From Acidimicrobiia bacterium (GTDB lineage: Bacteria; Actinomycetota; Acidimicrobiia; Spongiisociales; ZC4RG35): DNA of 64,000 nucleotides. The notes beneath the pieces are model-generated. The model was given only the letters and a program-made list of their open reading frames with translations, was not told the DNA's origin and did no database searches. The stretch spans positions 13,255 through 77,254 of the forward strand of contig DATKCE010000017.1 of the NCBI GenBank assembly GCA_035513335.1, read 5' to 3'. Shown here piece by piece: positions 46,129 through 55,161 of this stretch (the first letter of the stretch is position 1; every line of letters begins with the position of its first letter). A program made the position numbers and the translations under genes.

Positions 46129-48132
46129 ATGGACAACTCGCCCCGGCAGCTAGCAGCGGTGTGGTTCGCCGACATTGCGGGATACACCAGCCTCGCCAAT
46201 CGGGACGAGTCGGCAGCCCTGCGACTCGTGGGGATCTTCAATGAGGTGGCTCGAGAGCAGATAGAAGACAACGGCGGAACGGTGGTGAAGTTCGTGGGCG
46301 ACGGGGTACTTGCTTATGCACCGAGCGTCACCTCTGCCACCGGTGCCGTCCTCTCCCTGAGGGAGGTATTCGAGGAACGTTCGGCGCAGACCGGGATCGA
46401 TGCTCATCTCAGGATCGGAATGCATCTCGGCGATATCGCAATCGGTCCCGACGGAGACGTGTTCGGCGATGGCGTCAACATCGCCTCCCGGCTCGAGACC
46501 GCCGCCGGGCCCGGGCGCATCTACGTGAGCGAGGATCTGTGGCGACAATGCCGACAACGGGCCGAGCTGGAGTTCATCCCTCTAGGCCCGCGACATCTCA
46601 AGGGGTTGGAGAATCCCGTTTGGGTCTACGAACTCGCCCCTCCCGCGACCGATCCGGGCTCTGCCAACGATGACGCGGCCGGGCGGAATACGACCCACTC
46701 CCTGGCAATCCTCCCCTTCGACGTGCTCGGTTCCGGCGACGATCCGGTGTTTCTCGCCGCCGGCATTCACAACGACCTGCTCACCGAACTCAGCAAGAAC
46801 CCGAGCCTCACCGTGATCAGCCGGACATCGGTGATGGGTTACAGGCAACCAGCAAAGTCGATTCCCCGGATCGCGCATGAGCTCAACGTCGGATGGATCG
46901 TCGAAGGCGCGGTGCAGAGCGTCGGCAACAGGGTACGTCTGACCGTGCAGCTGATCGACGGGACGACAGATGTCCATCGTTGGGCGGACTATTTCGATCG
47001 CGAGCTCACCACCGAGAGCCTCTTCGAGATCCAGACAGAGCTCACCCAACAGATCAGTGAGTCGCTGCATGGCGAATTTGCCCAAGCTGGTGAGGCCGCC
47101 GGGCCGGCCACCAACAGCATGGAGGCCTATCGCCTGGTGACGGAGGGAAGGATGCAGTTCGACCGAAAGACCGAGGCCGGTCTGGCGAGGGCAAGGGAGC
47201 TGTTTCAGCGCGCCGTGGACCTCGATCCGGACTATGCACCAGCCTGGGTGGGACTCACCGACTCTCTGGCGATTACCGCCGACTACGGATACGGGGATAG
47301 GGGGTCACTGCTAGAGGCCGCCCATGTGGCCGTCGAACGGGCCCTCGAGCTCATGCCCGATTCTGCGGAAGCGCATAGCTCGCTCGGCTTGATCGCCGAG
47401 GGGGAACACGATGCCCCGAAGGCGCTTCGAGAATATGAGAAGGCGATGCAACTGGGTCCGAGCTACGCAGATGCCCACAGCTGGCACGGCTGGGTGTCTC
47501 TGGTGGTGGGACGAGCAGGACCGGCGTTCGAGAGTGTGTCGAGGTCCGTGGAGCTGAACCCCCTGTCCGCCGAAGCGGTGAGCAATCTGGCACTGTCGCA
47601 CCTGGCCCTTCGAGACCCGGCGTCGGCGATCGTCGAGGCTCGTCGCGCCGGGGAGCTGTCACCCGACTTCACCACAGCCACCTACTACGAGGCATTGGCG
47701 CGATACGACATGGGTGGATTCCAGGAGGCGGTGAACATCCTCACACCGCTGTCGGTCGCCGTCGCCGGCGAGCTGGCTGTCTCCTGGGCGTCGATGATGC
47801 CGGACGCGGCGCTGGCACTGGCCCAGATCCGAACGGGCAGACCAGACGCGGCGCGGGAGGTGCTGGCCACGATCGACGCCGAGGTGTATCCATTCGAGGC
47901 GGCGATGGTCCACGCCGGGATGGGAGACCTGCAGTCCGCGTACGAACTGTTCGGTAGAGCTGAACATGCTCCGTACGGCCCTGCCCTCGCCTTCCATCAT
48001 CACTTCCGTGACGTATGGAAGGACCTGCGCGACGACCCCCGCTACCACGAAATCGTGGATCTGGTCTATCGAAGCTGGAGAACGGAGCCCCCCGGCGGGG
48101 ATGCTCCCCCAAGTCGGGACGAATCCGGTTAG
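46129..48132 (+). CDS. Class III adenylate/guanylate cyclase domain protein with C-terminal TPR repeats
   Basis: AVWFADIAGYTSL, VKFVGDGVLAYA and GDGVNIASRLE. TPR-like repeats in the C-terminal half. Confidence 0.8.
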   Translation: MDNSPRQLAAVWFADIAGYTSLANRDESAALRLVGIFNEVAREQIEDNGGTVVKFVGDGVLAYAPSVTSATGAVLSLREVFEERSAQTGIDAHLRIGMHLGDIAIGPDGDVFGDGVNIASRLETAAGPGRIYVSEDLWRQCRQRAELEFIPLGPRHLKGLENPVWVYELAPPATDPGSANDDAAGRNTTHSLAILPFDVLGSGDDPVFLAAGIHNDLLTELSKNPSLTVISRTSVMGYRQPAKSIPRIAHELNVGWIVEGAVQSVGNRVRLTVQLIDGTTDVHRWADYFDRELTTESLFEIQTELTQQISESLHGEFAQAGEAAGPATNSMEAYRLVTEGRMQFDRKTEAGLARARELFQRAVDLDPDYAPAWVGLTDSLAITADYGYGDRGSLLEAAHVAVERALELMPDSAEAHSSLGLIAEGEHDAPKALREYEKAMQLGPSYADAHSWHGWVSLVVGRAGPAFESVSRSVELNPLSAEAVSNLALSHLALRDPASAIVEARRAGELSPDFTTATYYEALARYDMGGFQEAVNILTPLSVAVAGELAVSWASMMPDAALALAQIRTGRPDAAREVLATIDAEVYPFEAAMVHAGMGDLQSAYELFGRAEHAPYGPALAFHHHFRDVWKDLRDDPRYHEIVDLVYRSWRTEPPGGDAPPSRDESG

Positions 48133-48162
48133 GGTCGCCCGGGATCGACAGGAGAGGTAGCG

Positions 48163-49524
48163 GTGGATCCCGAACGACTTGCAGATTCGATTGTCGGCGA
48201 GGTGCTGACGCCTGGTGAATCCGGGTTCGACGAGGCTCGCGCCCTGTGGAACGTGAGATTCGACAGGAAGCCCGACCTGATCGCACGATGCACCAGCCAT
48301 GACGACGTAGTTGCGGCGATTGCATATGCGAAAGCGGAGGGGATCGACCTCTCGGTGAGAGGTGGTGGCCACAACTACGCAGCGAAGACGGTGGCCGAAG
48401 GCGGCTTGCTGGTCGATCTCTCGGCCATGAAGGACATCGAGGTCGAGTTGGAAGCGAGAACGGCGAGGATCGGCCCTGGGGTAACGGGAGAAGAGCTCGA
48501 CGCCGCCACACAGCAACACGGACTCGCCGTTCCCATTCCAACGGTGTCCTCGGTGGGAGTGGTTGGCGCCGCGCTGGGCGGTGGCACCGGCTACCTCTCC
48601 AGGAAGTACGGGATCACCGCGGACAATGTGATCTCGATCGACGCCGTCACCTCGGACGGACGCCCGGTGACGGCGTCGGCAGATGAGAACCCCGACCTCT
48701 TCTGGGCGATGCGTGGCGGAGGAGGGAACTTCGCCGTGGCCACCTCCATGCTCCTCGGTCTCCACGAGGTCGGCCCTGAAGTCCTGGCGGGCCAGATCCT
48801 CTACCCCTTCGACGGCGCCGGTGATCACCTTCGCTTCTTCAGGGATTTCATGGAGAGGGCACCACGCGAATTCCAGTGCTATCCGTTCACGTTCCGGGTG
48901 CCTCCCATCAAGCTATTCCCCGAGGAATACCACGGCGAACCGGTGCTCGACTTCGTCTTCTATCACGAGGACCCGGACGCCGCCGACTTCGTGCAGCCAT
49001 TGCGCGAGTTGGGCGCCAAGGTGCTGGACTTCGTCGCCCCAGGCCCATATGTCGACGTGCAGAAGTCTTTCGACGCCAACCTCCCCAAAGGGCAGCGCTA
49101 CTACTCCAAGGCCCATGATCTCGCCGGCCTCACCGACGGAGCCATCGACACGATGGTCGAGTTCGTCCCTCAGATGGTGGGGGCCTTGAGCGCCGCCTAT
49201 TTCGATCCGGCTGGAGGGGCCATCGGCGACGTCGCCGTTTCGGCCACCGCCTATGCCGGCAGGGAAACACGCTACGGATTCCACATCATCGCCGGATGGT
49301 TCGACGAGTCCGAGGATGAGTCTGTGATGACATGGGCGTCGCAGTTCCACGCCGCCATGGCGACCCACGCCACCGGCGGCGTGTACGTCAACCTGATCGC
49401 CGACGACGAAGCCGACCGGGTATCAGCTGCCTACGGCGACAACTACACGCGACTGATCGAGTTGAAACAGAAGTGGGACCCCACCAACGTCTTCAGCAAC
49501 AACTACAACATCCCGCCGGACTGA
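48163..49524 (+). CDS. FAD-linked oxidase (FAD_binding_4 plus BBE-like C-terminus)
   Basis: RGGGHNYA. The C-terminal WDPTNVFSNNYNIPP is typical of the BBE domain. Confidence 0.8.
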   Translation: MDPERLADSIVGEVLTPGESGFDEARALWNVRFDRKPDLIARCTSHDDVVAAIAYAKAEGIDLSVRGGGHNYAAKTVAEGGLLVDLSAMKDIEVELEARTARIGPGVTGEELDAATQQHGLAVPIPTVSSVGVVGAALGGGTGYLSRKYGITADNVISIDAVTSDGRPVTASADENPDLFWAMRGGGGNFAVATSMLLGLHEVGPEVLAGQILYPFDGAGDHLRFFRDFMERAPREFQCYPFTFRVPPIKLFPEEYHGEPVLDFVFYHEDPDAADFVQPLRELGAKVLDFVAPGPYVDVQKSFDANLPKGQRYYSKAHDLAGLTDGAIDTMVEFVPQMVGALSAAYFDPAGGAIGDVAVSATAYAGRETRYGFHIIAGWFDESEDESVMTWASQFHAAMATHATGGVYVNLIADDEADRVSAAYGDNYTRLIELKQKWDPTNVFSNNYNIPPD

Positions 49525-49585
49525 AGAGGCCACGAGTCAGACCGAACTCCGGCATAGTCGTGTGATTCGGATGAATGAGGGCGCC

Positions 49586-49627
49586 GGCGCAGCGAGAAGA
49601 CTCCAACCCCCCAACCTTCTGATCCGT
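49586..49627. repeat. Degenerate copy of the 3' half of tRNA-Arg (att-like)
   Basis: ggcgcagcgagaagactccaaccccccaaccttctgatccgt versus tRNA ggcgcgctcgggaggacttgaacccccaaccttctgatccgt. The last ~21 nt are identical. Confidence 0.6.
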
Positions 49628-49816
49628 CAACCAACAATCGGGCCCGGTCACTCCCTCGACTCGAGGTCGAAATGTGGCGGTAGTCGCGGCCAGAGGTTGC
49701 TCTTCCTCTCTTGGGGGACCCAAACGATGCTCGGGCGGCCCGGGCAGAAGAATCCAGCCTGCGGCTCAGGCTTCGGTTCCTACGGGTAGCGTCGGCTCAT
49801 CGATGGGAGGTGGACG

Positions 49817-50677
49817 ATGAGACTCGGGGGCTTGCTGCTGGCGACCGCAATCCTGGGTGCCGCTTGCGGGGGCATGGCGGAGGAGCCCTCCACCACCGCA
49901 ACCGACATCGACACCGACAGGACGCAGGCCTCCACCGCTGCTCCCACCACCGCTCTTCCCACCACTGACAGCGCAACTCCGGCCGGATCCGCTCCGGTCT
50001 GGTTCGGGGACCACATCTCGGTCGACGACTGTTTCGACGACACCTACGACGAGGACGGGGAGTGGTACTTCGCCGAGATGCCGGTGTTCGTCGACTGCGA
50101 GGTCCTCCACGACAACGAGGCCTACCACGTCTTCACCATCGACGACGGCACGGGATCGTTCCCTGGTGACGAGGCCTTCGACGACCTCGCTGCGGAGCTG
50201 TGCCGTGCCGAACTGGCGACCTTCCTCGGTGCCGATCCCGATCGCGGCGGCATCGACTGGTGGTGGGGATGGCCGCTGGAGGAGCAGTGGGATGCGGGAG
50301 CCCGACAAGCCTTCTGCGCGGCCTATCTTCCCGACGCCCACATGATTGGATCGATGCGGGGAGTCGAAACCGGATTCCGTCCAGCCGAACTTCCAGCGGT
50401 AGCGCCCGTGCCGGCGGGGGCGGTGTACGACGATCTCAGCTTCTCCGAGGACGGTGACCGGGTGGCGTCCTTCCTCATGCCGCCCTCCACCCTCGAGGAG
50501 GCGATAGAGGCGGCATTGGCAGCGGCGACCGAAGCGGGTCTGACACCCACGGGCGCCGGGAGGTCGGGCAGCGTCTTCGTCTTCCGCTTCGAGGCCGAGG
50601 GGGTGACGTACCCAGTGACCGTGTACGAGCAAACGGATGGCGAGATCGAGTGGTGGCTCTATTTCCCATCCGAGTGA
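49817..50677 (+). CDS. Hypothetical secreted lipoprotein (Cys-containing exported domain)
   Basis: GGGAGG RBS. Lipobox ILGAAC. T/A/P-rich linker. Any function call (septum-formation-like?) is only a weak impression. Confidence 0.6.
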   Translation: MRLGGLLLATAILGAACGGMAEEPSTTATDIDTDRTQASTAAPTTALPTTDSATPAGSAPVWFGDHISVDDCFDDTYDEDGEWYFAEMPVFVDCEVLHDNEAYHVFTIDDGTGSFPGDEAFDDLAAELCRAELATFLGADPDRGGIDWWWGWPLEEQWDAGARQAFCAAYLPDAHMIGSMRGVETGFRPAELPAVAPVPAGAVYDDLSFSEDGDRVASFLMPPSTLEEAIEAALAAATEAGLTPTGAGRSGSVFVFRFEAEGVTYPVTVYEQTDGEIEWWLYFPSE

Positions 50678-50786
50678 CGACGCCGGGTCGGTCATCAACG
50701 GCGGCACCCATGCGCAGTCCGGATAGTGCGTGAAGGCAGCGCTCGTCAAACGTGAACTCCGCTGCTACTAGCAGGGGATTTCGTCT

Positions 50787-50829
50787 GCGCGCTCGGGAGG
50801 ACTTGAACCCCCAACCTACTGATCCGTAG
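50787..50829. repeat. 43-nt copy of the tRNA-Arg 3' half, from the anticodon loop to the discriminator (att-like)
   Basis: Identical to 52528-52569 (plus the first flanking base) except for one mismatch at 50818. Confidence 0.85.
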
Positions 50830-50842
50830 ATCTCCAAGCCGT

Positions 50843-50930
50843 GTCCACGGACGTCCACCGAAGTCCACCCGGCCCTGAGCTACGAGGCTTTCGAATTCAC
50901 AGGCGTCCACAGCCGTCCACGCGATTCCAC
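50843..50930. repeat. Seven 10-bp-phased GTCCAC-like hexamers in two clusters
   Basis: GTCCAC at 50843, 50853, 50863, 50905 and 50915. Variants ATTCAC at 50895 and TTCCAC at 50925. Confidence 0.85.
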
Positions 50931-51352
50931 AGAGAATGGCTCCCAACTTGGCTCCTGGCGAGGGCGCTGCAACCGATCCACCATGGAACCGGCTTCCGCG
51001 GCCCCGCTGTGGGTGGGGCTTCATCGCTGGGCAGCAGATTGACTACCCGACCTGTTGAACGCGAGCCTCGTCCCATCGTCTGATGGCTGTGTGGAACGAT
51101 TGCGTGCTGGGCCGAACCCAGCGATCAGCGCCCCTGGCATCATCGCTCGGGCGATCCCCGGATTGCCAAGCATGGACATCCTGAGACAGAGAGGCCCTGC
51201 AAGCAGTGAGGTCGAGTTCGTGACGGTGATGCCATTCGATTACTGGTCCGCGGTCGAGACCGTCGCAGGGTCGGGAGGGACGGCCTCGATCGTCCCACGC
51301 GCAGCTCAACGGTGCTGTTCCGCTACAACGAGCAACCGTCGGACAGCTCGAG

Positions 51353-51634
51353 CTATAGCTCGGTCAACAGCTGAAGGAAGTCATCTCGCTCGATCGCCGG
51401 CATCGTCTGCGACTTGGCACCGATCAAATTGCCGATCCTCGCCGCGATCTTCATCGCCGCTCGGTTGTCGGGACAGTCGACAACCGCGAGGATGTCGTAG
51501 GCACCGAGAAGGCCATAGACCCCCTCGATCTCGCAGTTCTCCGCGGCGGCGATCTGTTGGGCCTTGGCGAATCGTTCCGGGCCGCCACCTTCGATCGCAC
51601 CGGTGTACTTGTACAAGCTCACATACTTGGCCAT
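51353..51634 (-). CDS. GYD-domain protein
   Basis: GGAAAGGA RBS before ATG 51634. MAKYVSLYKYTG...LLGAYDILAVVDCPD matches the GYD family. Confidence 0.7.
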   Translation of the reverse strand: MAKYVSLYKYTGAIEGGGPERFAKAQQIAAAENCEIEGVYGLLGAYDILAVVDCPDNRAAMKIAARIGNLIGAKSQTMPAIERDDFLQLLTEL

Positions 51635-51701
51635 GGGATCCTTTCCTGTTTGCCCACAGTTCTGGCTCTGCGAGAGCCTCGACGGGCCCGCGCTCGAATC
51701 C

Positions 51702-52004
51702 GTGCGGAGGACGTCGACTTCGCTCTTGAGCCTACGCAAGGGTTCTGCCAAGCGCCTCGCCGGTAGGCATGTTTTTGTCGCAGGCCCCCCACCTCGACCA
51801 CTTTGTACTGTGGCCGCCAGAAGACCCGACACCCTCGACCAAGCCGAGATCCTGGACGACCTGCGAGTACCACCTGGCAATCGACTTGAGGTACTCCGCG
51901 GAGATCGCCGAGGGCACAGTATTCGAATCAACGAGCAGTATCGGATCTGCTTCCGCTGGACGGAATCGGGTCCGGAAGATATTGAGGTAGTCGACTACCA
52001 CTGA
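51702..52004 (+). CDS. higB: HigB-like (RelE/ParE superfamily) toxin
   Basis: C-terminal LDDLRVPPGNRLEVLRGDRRGHSIRINEQYRICFRWTESGPEDIEVVDYH is canonical HigB. The N-terminal ~40 aa and the start codon are uncertain. Confidence 0.6.
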   Translation: MRRTSTSLLSLRKGSAKRLAGRHVFVAGPPPRPLCTVAARRPDTLDQAEILDDLRVPPGNRLEVLRGDRRGHSIRINEQYRICFRWTESGPEDIEVVDYH

Positions 52005-52012
52005 GGTGACAG

Positions 52013-52338
52013 ATGGTCAGCATTCCAACCAACCAAGCTCCCACCCATCCAGGAGAGATGCTCAGCGAAGAGTTCCTCGACCCGCTCGTCATGACACAGC
52101 GGGAGCTGGTGGAGGCGATCGGAGTGCCGTATCAGCAGATCAACGAGATCGTGAACGACGCGGGATCAAACCCAGCACGGCTCTCAGGCTCTCCCGGTAC
52201 TTCGGCACGCCAAGCGGATTCTGGATGAACGGCCGTATGCGCTGGAACCTGTGCCACACCCAGAAGTCACAAGGCGACCAGGTGCGAGGAATTCGCCGTC
52301 ATCCCCGTGCTCTGCCAGGCCGAGAAGCCGCCTCTTAG
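52013..52338 (+). pseudogene. higA: HigA-like XRE antitoxin with a 1-nt frameshift near 52154-52159
   Basis: THPGEMLSEEFLDPLVMTQRELVEAIGVPYQQINEIVN is in one frame. RGIKPSTALRLSRYFGTPSGFWMN continues in the frame of ORF 52006-52338. Confidence 0.75.
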
Positions 52339-52362
52339 GGGAAGAAGGTCAGGAGGTCGACC

Positions 52363-52398
52363 AGCCCTACCTCAAGAGCAAGCCCTTGAGGTAGGGCT
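52363..52398 (+). terminator. Stem-loop downstream of higA
   Basis: 14-bp perfect stem agccctacctcaag / cttgaggtagggct with an 8-nt loop. Only a weak T-tract follows. Confidence 0.5.
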
Positions 52399-52524
52399 TC
52401 GCCTGGCCGGCGACGCCGTCACTCAGATGGAGAATGGCTCCCGAGGATCACCCCCAGACTGGGCGGGTGGCTAGGTCGGCAAGCCCTCATACGGGCCGCA
52501 ACCGGCTCTACCAGGGCATATGAC

Positions 52525-52601
<77 letters not shown>

Positions 52602-52659
52602 ACGGGGAGTCACCCAGGATAACGGGGACTACCTTCGAGACGGAAGTCGACCCCGATTA

Positions 52660-53322
52660 GTGGAACACATCCGGCTCATGGCAACTTCCCGAAACGAACC
52701 GCCTTCGTTGCTCGAGCGAGCGGCATGGAACGGTCTCCCGCCGATCATCAGGACCGTGGGCCGGGTGGTCTGGAGACTCGACGTCGACGCCAGGTGGGGG
52801 TTTCCTGACCCGCCGTTCGTCGTTGCCTCGAACCACCACTCCTTCCTCGACCCCCTGGTGGTCGGATCGGCCCTGCGGGCGAAGGTCCGTTTCCTCGGCC
52901 TAGTCGACCTCTTCGGGAACTACCGATGGCTCGATCATGTCCTCGAGACGTTCGACGTCATCCCCCTCCAACGTGGTGTGGTCCCACTCGGCCCGGTGCG
53001 AACCGCTCTAACCCATCTCGAGCGTGGCGGCGCCGTGGGTCTGTTCCCGGAGGGAACCCGTCACTGGGAGTTCGATCCGGAACGGGCCCGCCCCGGAGCG
53101 GCATGGCTGGCGACTCGAACCGGGGTGCCGTTGGTGCCCGTGGCAGTCTCGGGCACCGAGAAGGTCCTCGGTGTCGACAACCGCCTCCGCACCGGCCGGA
53201 TAAGGGTCCGTATCGGACCCCCTCTGACCGCCGACTCCAGCCACCGTGGGGCCGTCGGCGACCTCACCGCGCAATGGGGGGAATGGGTGTCCCAGGCCCT
53301 GCGTCAACAGACCCCGGGCTAG
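52660..53322 (+). CDS. 1-acyl-sn-glycerol-3-phosphate acyltransferase family protein
   Basis: HX4D as NHHSFLD. FPEGTRH. Confidence 0.8.
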   Translation: MEHIRLMATSRNEPPSLLERAAWNGLPPIIRTVGRVVWRLDVDARWGFPDPPFVVASNHHSFLDPLVVGSALRAKVRFLGLVDLFGNYRWLDHVLETFDVIPLQRGVVPLGPVRTALTHLERGGAVGLFPEGTRHWEFDPERARPGAAWLATRTGVPLVPVAVSGTEKVLGVDNRLRTGRIRVRIGPPLTADSSHRGAVGDLTAQWGEWVSQALRQQTPG

Positions 53323-53329
53323 CGACCAT

Positions 53330-54067
53330 TCAGCCGACCAGCTTGCGGGCCTCGGTCTTCCAGCCGTCGACGGTGGACCTGGATGGCATCTGGTCGGGGG
53401 CATCGGGAAGCTCAACCGAGCGCATCTGCTCGATCAACTCCGAGGGCCTCGCTTCCGCCATCTGCTCCATCGTCCATATCCCGACCCTGTGCAACAGAGT
53501 CTGGTACGAGGGTCCGACACCGTCGATCCGGGTCAGGTCGACCTTGGCGCGCCAGCCCTCGATGGTCTCGGCGCCGAGCCCACTCGACGAGGCAAGCTTC
53601 TCGATGTCAGCCTCGCTCGTGGCGATGAGCTCCGCGATCCCGGACACACCGGCGGAACGGAGTCGATCGGCATATCCAGGACCGACTCCCTTGACCGTGG
53701 TGAGAGGCTCATCGGGCTCGACGAGCTGGAGACCGGACTCCGCCGTACCTCGGGCCTTGTCGAGACCCAGCTGGACCGCCTTGCGAGTCGAGTCGGCGGA
53801 GGTCCGGATCTCCCCGGCAACATTGGAGGAGCGAACCTTCTTCATGGCGCGCTCGATGACATCTTCGCCCTGGGCGACCCAGTCTTCGATCTCCTCGGCG
53901 AGATCCGCGCTGATCTCGGCTCGCGACTTCCGGAGCGTGTCGCTCAATTCGCTGACGCGGGCACTGAGTCCCTTGATCACCGCGACCGGGGCTCCAATCG
54001 CGGCATAGGCGGCCCTCTCCACCGAATCGAGAGCGTTGTCGCTGGTTCGTTCTGCTTTTCGTGTCAT
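53330..54067 (-). CDS. Helix-hairpin-helix / DUF4332-like protein with a helical N-terminal domain
   Basis: Repeated HhH-like segments VKGVGPGYADRLRSAGV and IDGVGPSYQTLLHRVGI. ATG 54067 fits a leaderless start from the promoter motif; the alternative is GTG 54076. Confidence 0.6.
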   Translation of the reverse strand: MTRKAERTSDNALDSVERAAYAAIGAPVAVIKGLSARVSELSDTLRKSRAEISADLAEEIEDWVAQGEDVIERAMKKVRSSNVAGEIRTSADSTRKAVQLGLDKARGTAESGLQLVEPDEPLTTVKGVGPGYADRLRSAGVSGIAELIATSEADIEKLASSSGLGAETIEGWRAKVDLTRIDGVGPSYQTLLHRVGIWTMEQMAEARPSELIEQMRSVELPDAPDQMPSRSTVDGWKTEARKLVG

Positions 54068-54076
54068 GAATTGCAC

Positions 54077-54102
54077 CTACCCGCCGGACGGGTTGGCTAA
54101 AC
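54077..54102 (-). promoter_or_regulatory. SigB/SigF-type promoter motif GTTTAG-N14-GGGTAG
   Basis: Read on the minus strand. The -10 ends 9 nt before ATG 54067. Confidence 0.6.
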
Positions 54103-54118
54103 GAGGTACCCTGCGGGA

Positions 54119-54144
54119 GTTTTGCGCCCCCGACAGCCGGGTAA
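54119..54144 (+). promoter_or_regulatory. SigB/SigF-type promoter motif GTTTTG-N14-GGGTAA
   Basis: Read directly. AAAGGAG and TTG 54172 follow. Confidence 0.6.
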
Positions 54145-54171
54145 TCAAGTGGACCCCGAAAGGAGCCAGGC

Positions 54172-54363
54172 TTGACCCAGGAAACACCAACAGTCGTCGG
54201 TCGGAGGCCCGAGAAGTCCGGCAAGCGCCCAAAAACCCGGGACGAGGAGCGCATATGCTCCGAACAGTCTTGTGACACCAAGCTGAGTCGATACAACATC
54301 AGCGAAAATTGCTATCGGCACAAGCCGAAACGATTCCCAAGAGTGCGCGGCCGAATCAGGTAG
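54172..54363 (+). CDS. Small basic protein with a Cys/His cluster (possible zinc knuckle)
   Basis: AAAGGAG about 7 nt before TTG 54172. CSEQSCDTKLSRYNISENCYRH, i.e. C-x4-C-x12-C-x2-H. Promoter motif upstream. Confidence 0.5.
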   Translation: MTQETPTVVGRRPEKSGKRPKTRDEERICSEQSCDTKLSRYNISENCYRHKPKRFPRVRGRIR

Positions 54364-54384
54364 CCACTGGCCCAGCGCAGGCGC

Positions 54385-55089
54385 TCAGGCGGCGTGTCGT
54401 TCGACCTGACGCGCTGCCACTCGAGCGAACAACGCCATGGTCATGTTGATGGCGGCGTGCACCGCCACGGATGCCCAGATCGACCCGGTCTCGATGCGGA
54501 GCCACACCAGGAACGCGCCGGCGAGCGTGGTGCCGGCGACCGTGGCCGCGGTGTGGAGGAGTTTGGACCGAGCCCTCTTGTCCCCTGCCTGCGCCTGGTC
54601 GAGACCCGGGCCGATGTGCCACAGGCCGAACAAGCCGGCACCCATCCACAGAGCCACCTCTGTCGGATACAGCACTACGAGCGCGCCGTGCAGGACTCCA
54701 CGAAAGACCATCTCCTCGATGAGGGCAGTGAAAACGGGAATCCGGATGAAAATGTGGATGAAGGAGTCCCGTCGGCCGAGCGAGGCCATCCGGGGGTCGG
54801 CCAGCTGGTCACGCCACGCCGGACGCGACATCATCGCCATGCCCACCAGCCCCACCACCAGGACGGTGAGGAGTCCCCATCGGGTCACGATCGACGCGTC
54901 CGCCCCGGTGAAGCCGATACTGTCGAATCCGAAGAGGAGGCCGGCCCCAAAGGCGAGTCCGGCCCCGACCAGTCCGGTGACCATCGGAGCGACCCGGGTC
55001 CGCATGGGCGCCGGCAGGGTCATATAGATCAGAGTCTGGAACACGAGGGCATAGGCGGCCAGCGGGGCAACGGCGGTTGCGAGGGTCAT
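54385..55089 (-). CDS. CPBP-family (CAAX/Abi) intramembrane metalloprotease
   Basis: EEMVFRGVLH, FGLWH and HAAINM motifs. ATG 55089 chosen because the track start 55116 lies in the upstream terminator tail. Confidence 0.8.
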   Translation of the reverse strand: MTLATAVAPLAAYALVFQTLIYMTLPAPMRTRVAPMVTGLVGAGLAFGAGLLFGFDSIGFTGADASIVTRWGLLTVLVVGLVGMAMMSRPAWRDQLADPRMASLGRRDSFIHIFIRIPVFTALIEEMVFRGVLHGALVVLYPTEVALWMGAGLFGLWHIGPGLDQAQAGDKRARSKLLHTAATVAGTTLAGAFLVWLRIETGSIWASVAVHAAINMTMALFARVAARQVERHAA

Positions 55090-55110
55090 CGGGGTCCGTG
55101 AGGAGGCTCG

Positions 55111-55150
55111 AAACAAAGTCTCGCCCCCGGCCGGAGACCGGGGGCGAGAC
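55111..55150 (-). terminator. Rho-independent terminator of the small hydrophobic-peptide gene
   Basis: 13-bp stem gtctcgcccccgg / ccgggggcgagac with a 7-nt loop, followed on the minus strand by TTTGTTT. Confidence 0.8.
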
Positions 55151-55161
55151 GGGTCAGGTGC

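Noticed and set aside
15135-50930. Checked whether the short tandem or phased repeats (the 12-nt DDSP units and the GTCCAC hexamers) could be CRISPR arrays.
   Set aside because: The units are far too short (6-12 nt), they are contiguous or spaced by 4 nt rather than by unique ~30-nt spacers, and no cas genes are present.
51055-51729. 224-aa plus-strand ORF in the islet. Its first third (…IPGLPSMDILRQRGPASSEVEFVTVMPFDYWSAVETVAG…) faintly resembles an ABM-type monooxygenase fold.
   Set aside because: The similarity is only an impression. There is no credible start or RBS, the rest of the ORF is low-complexity, and it overlaps the GYD gene on the other strand. At most it is a decayed fragment.
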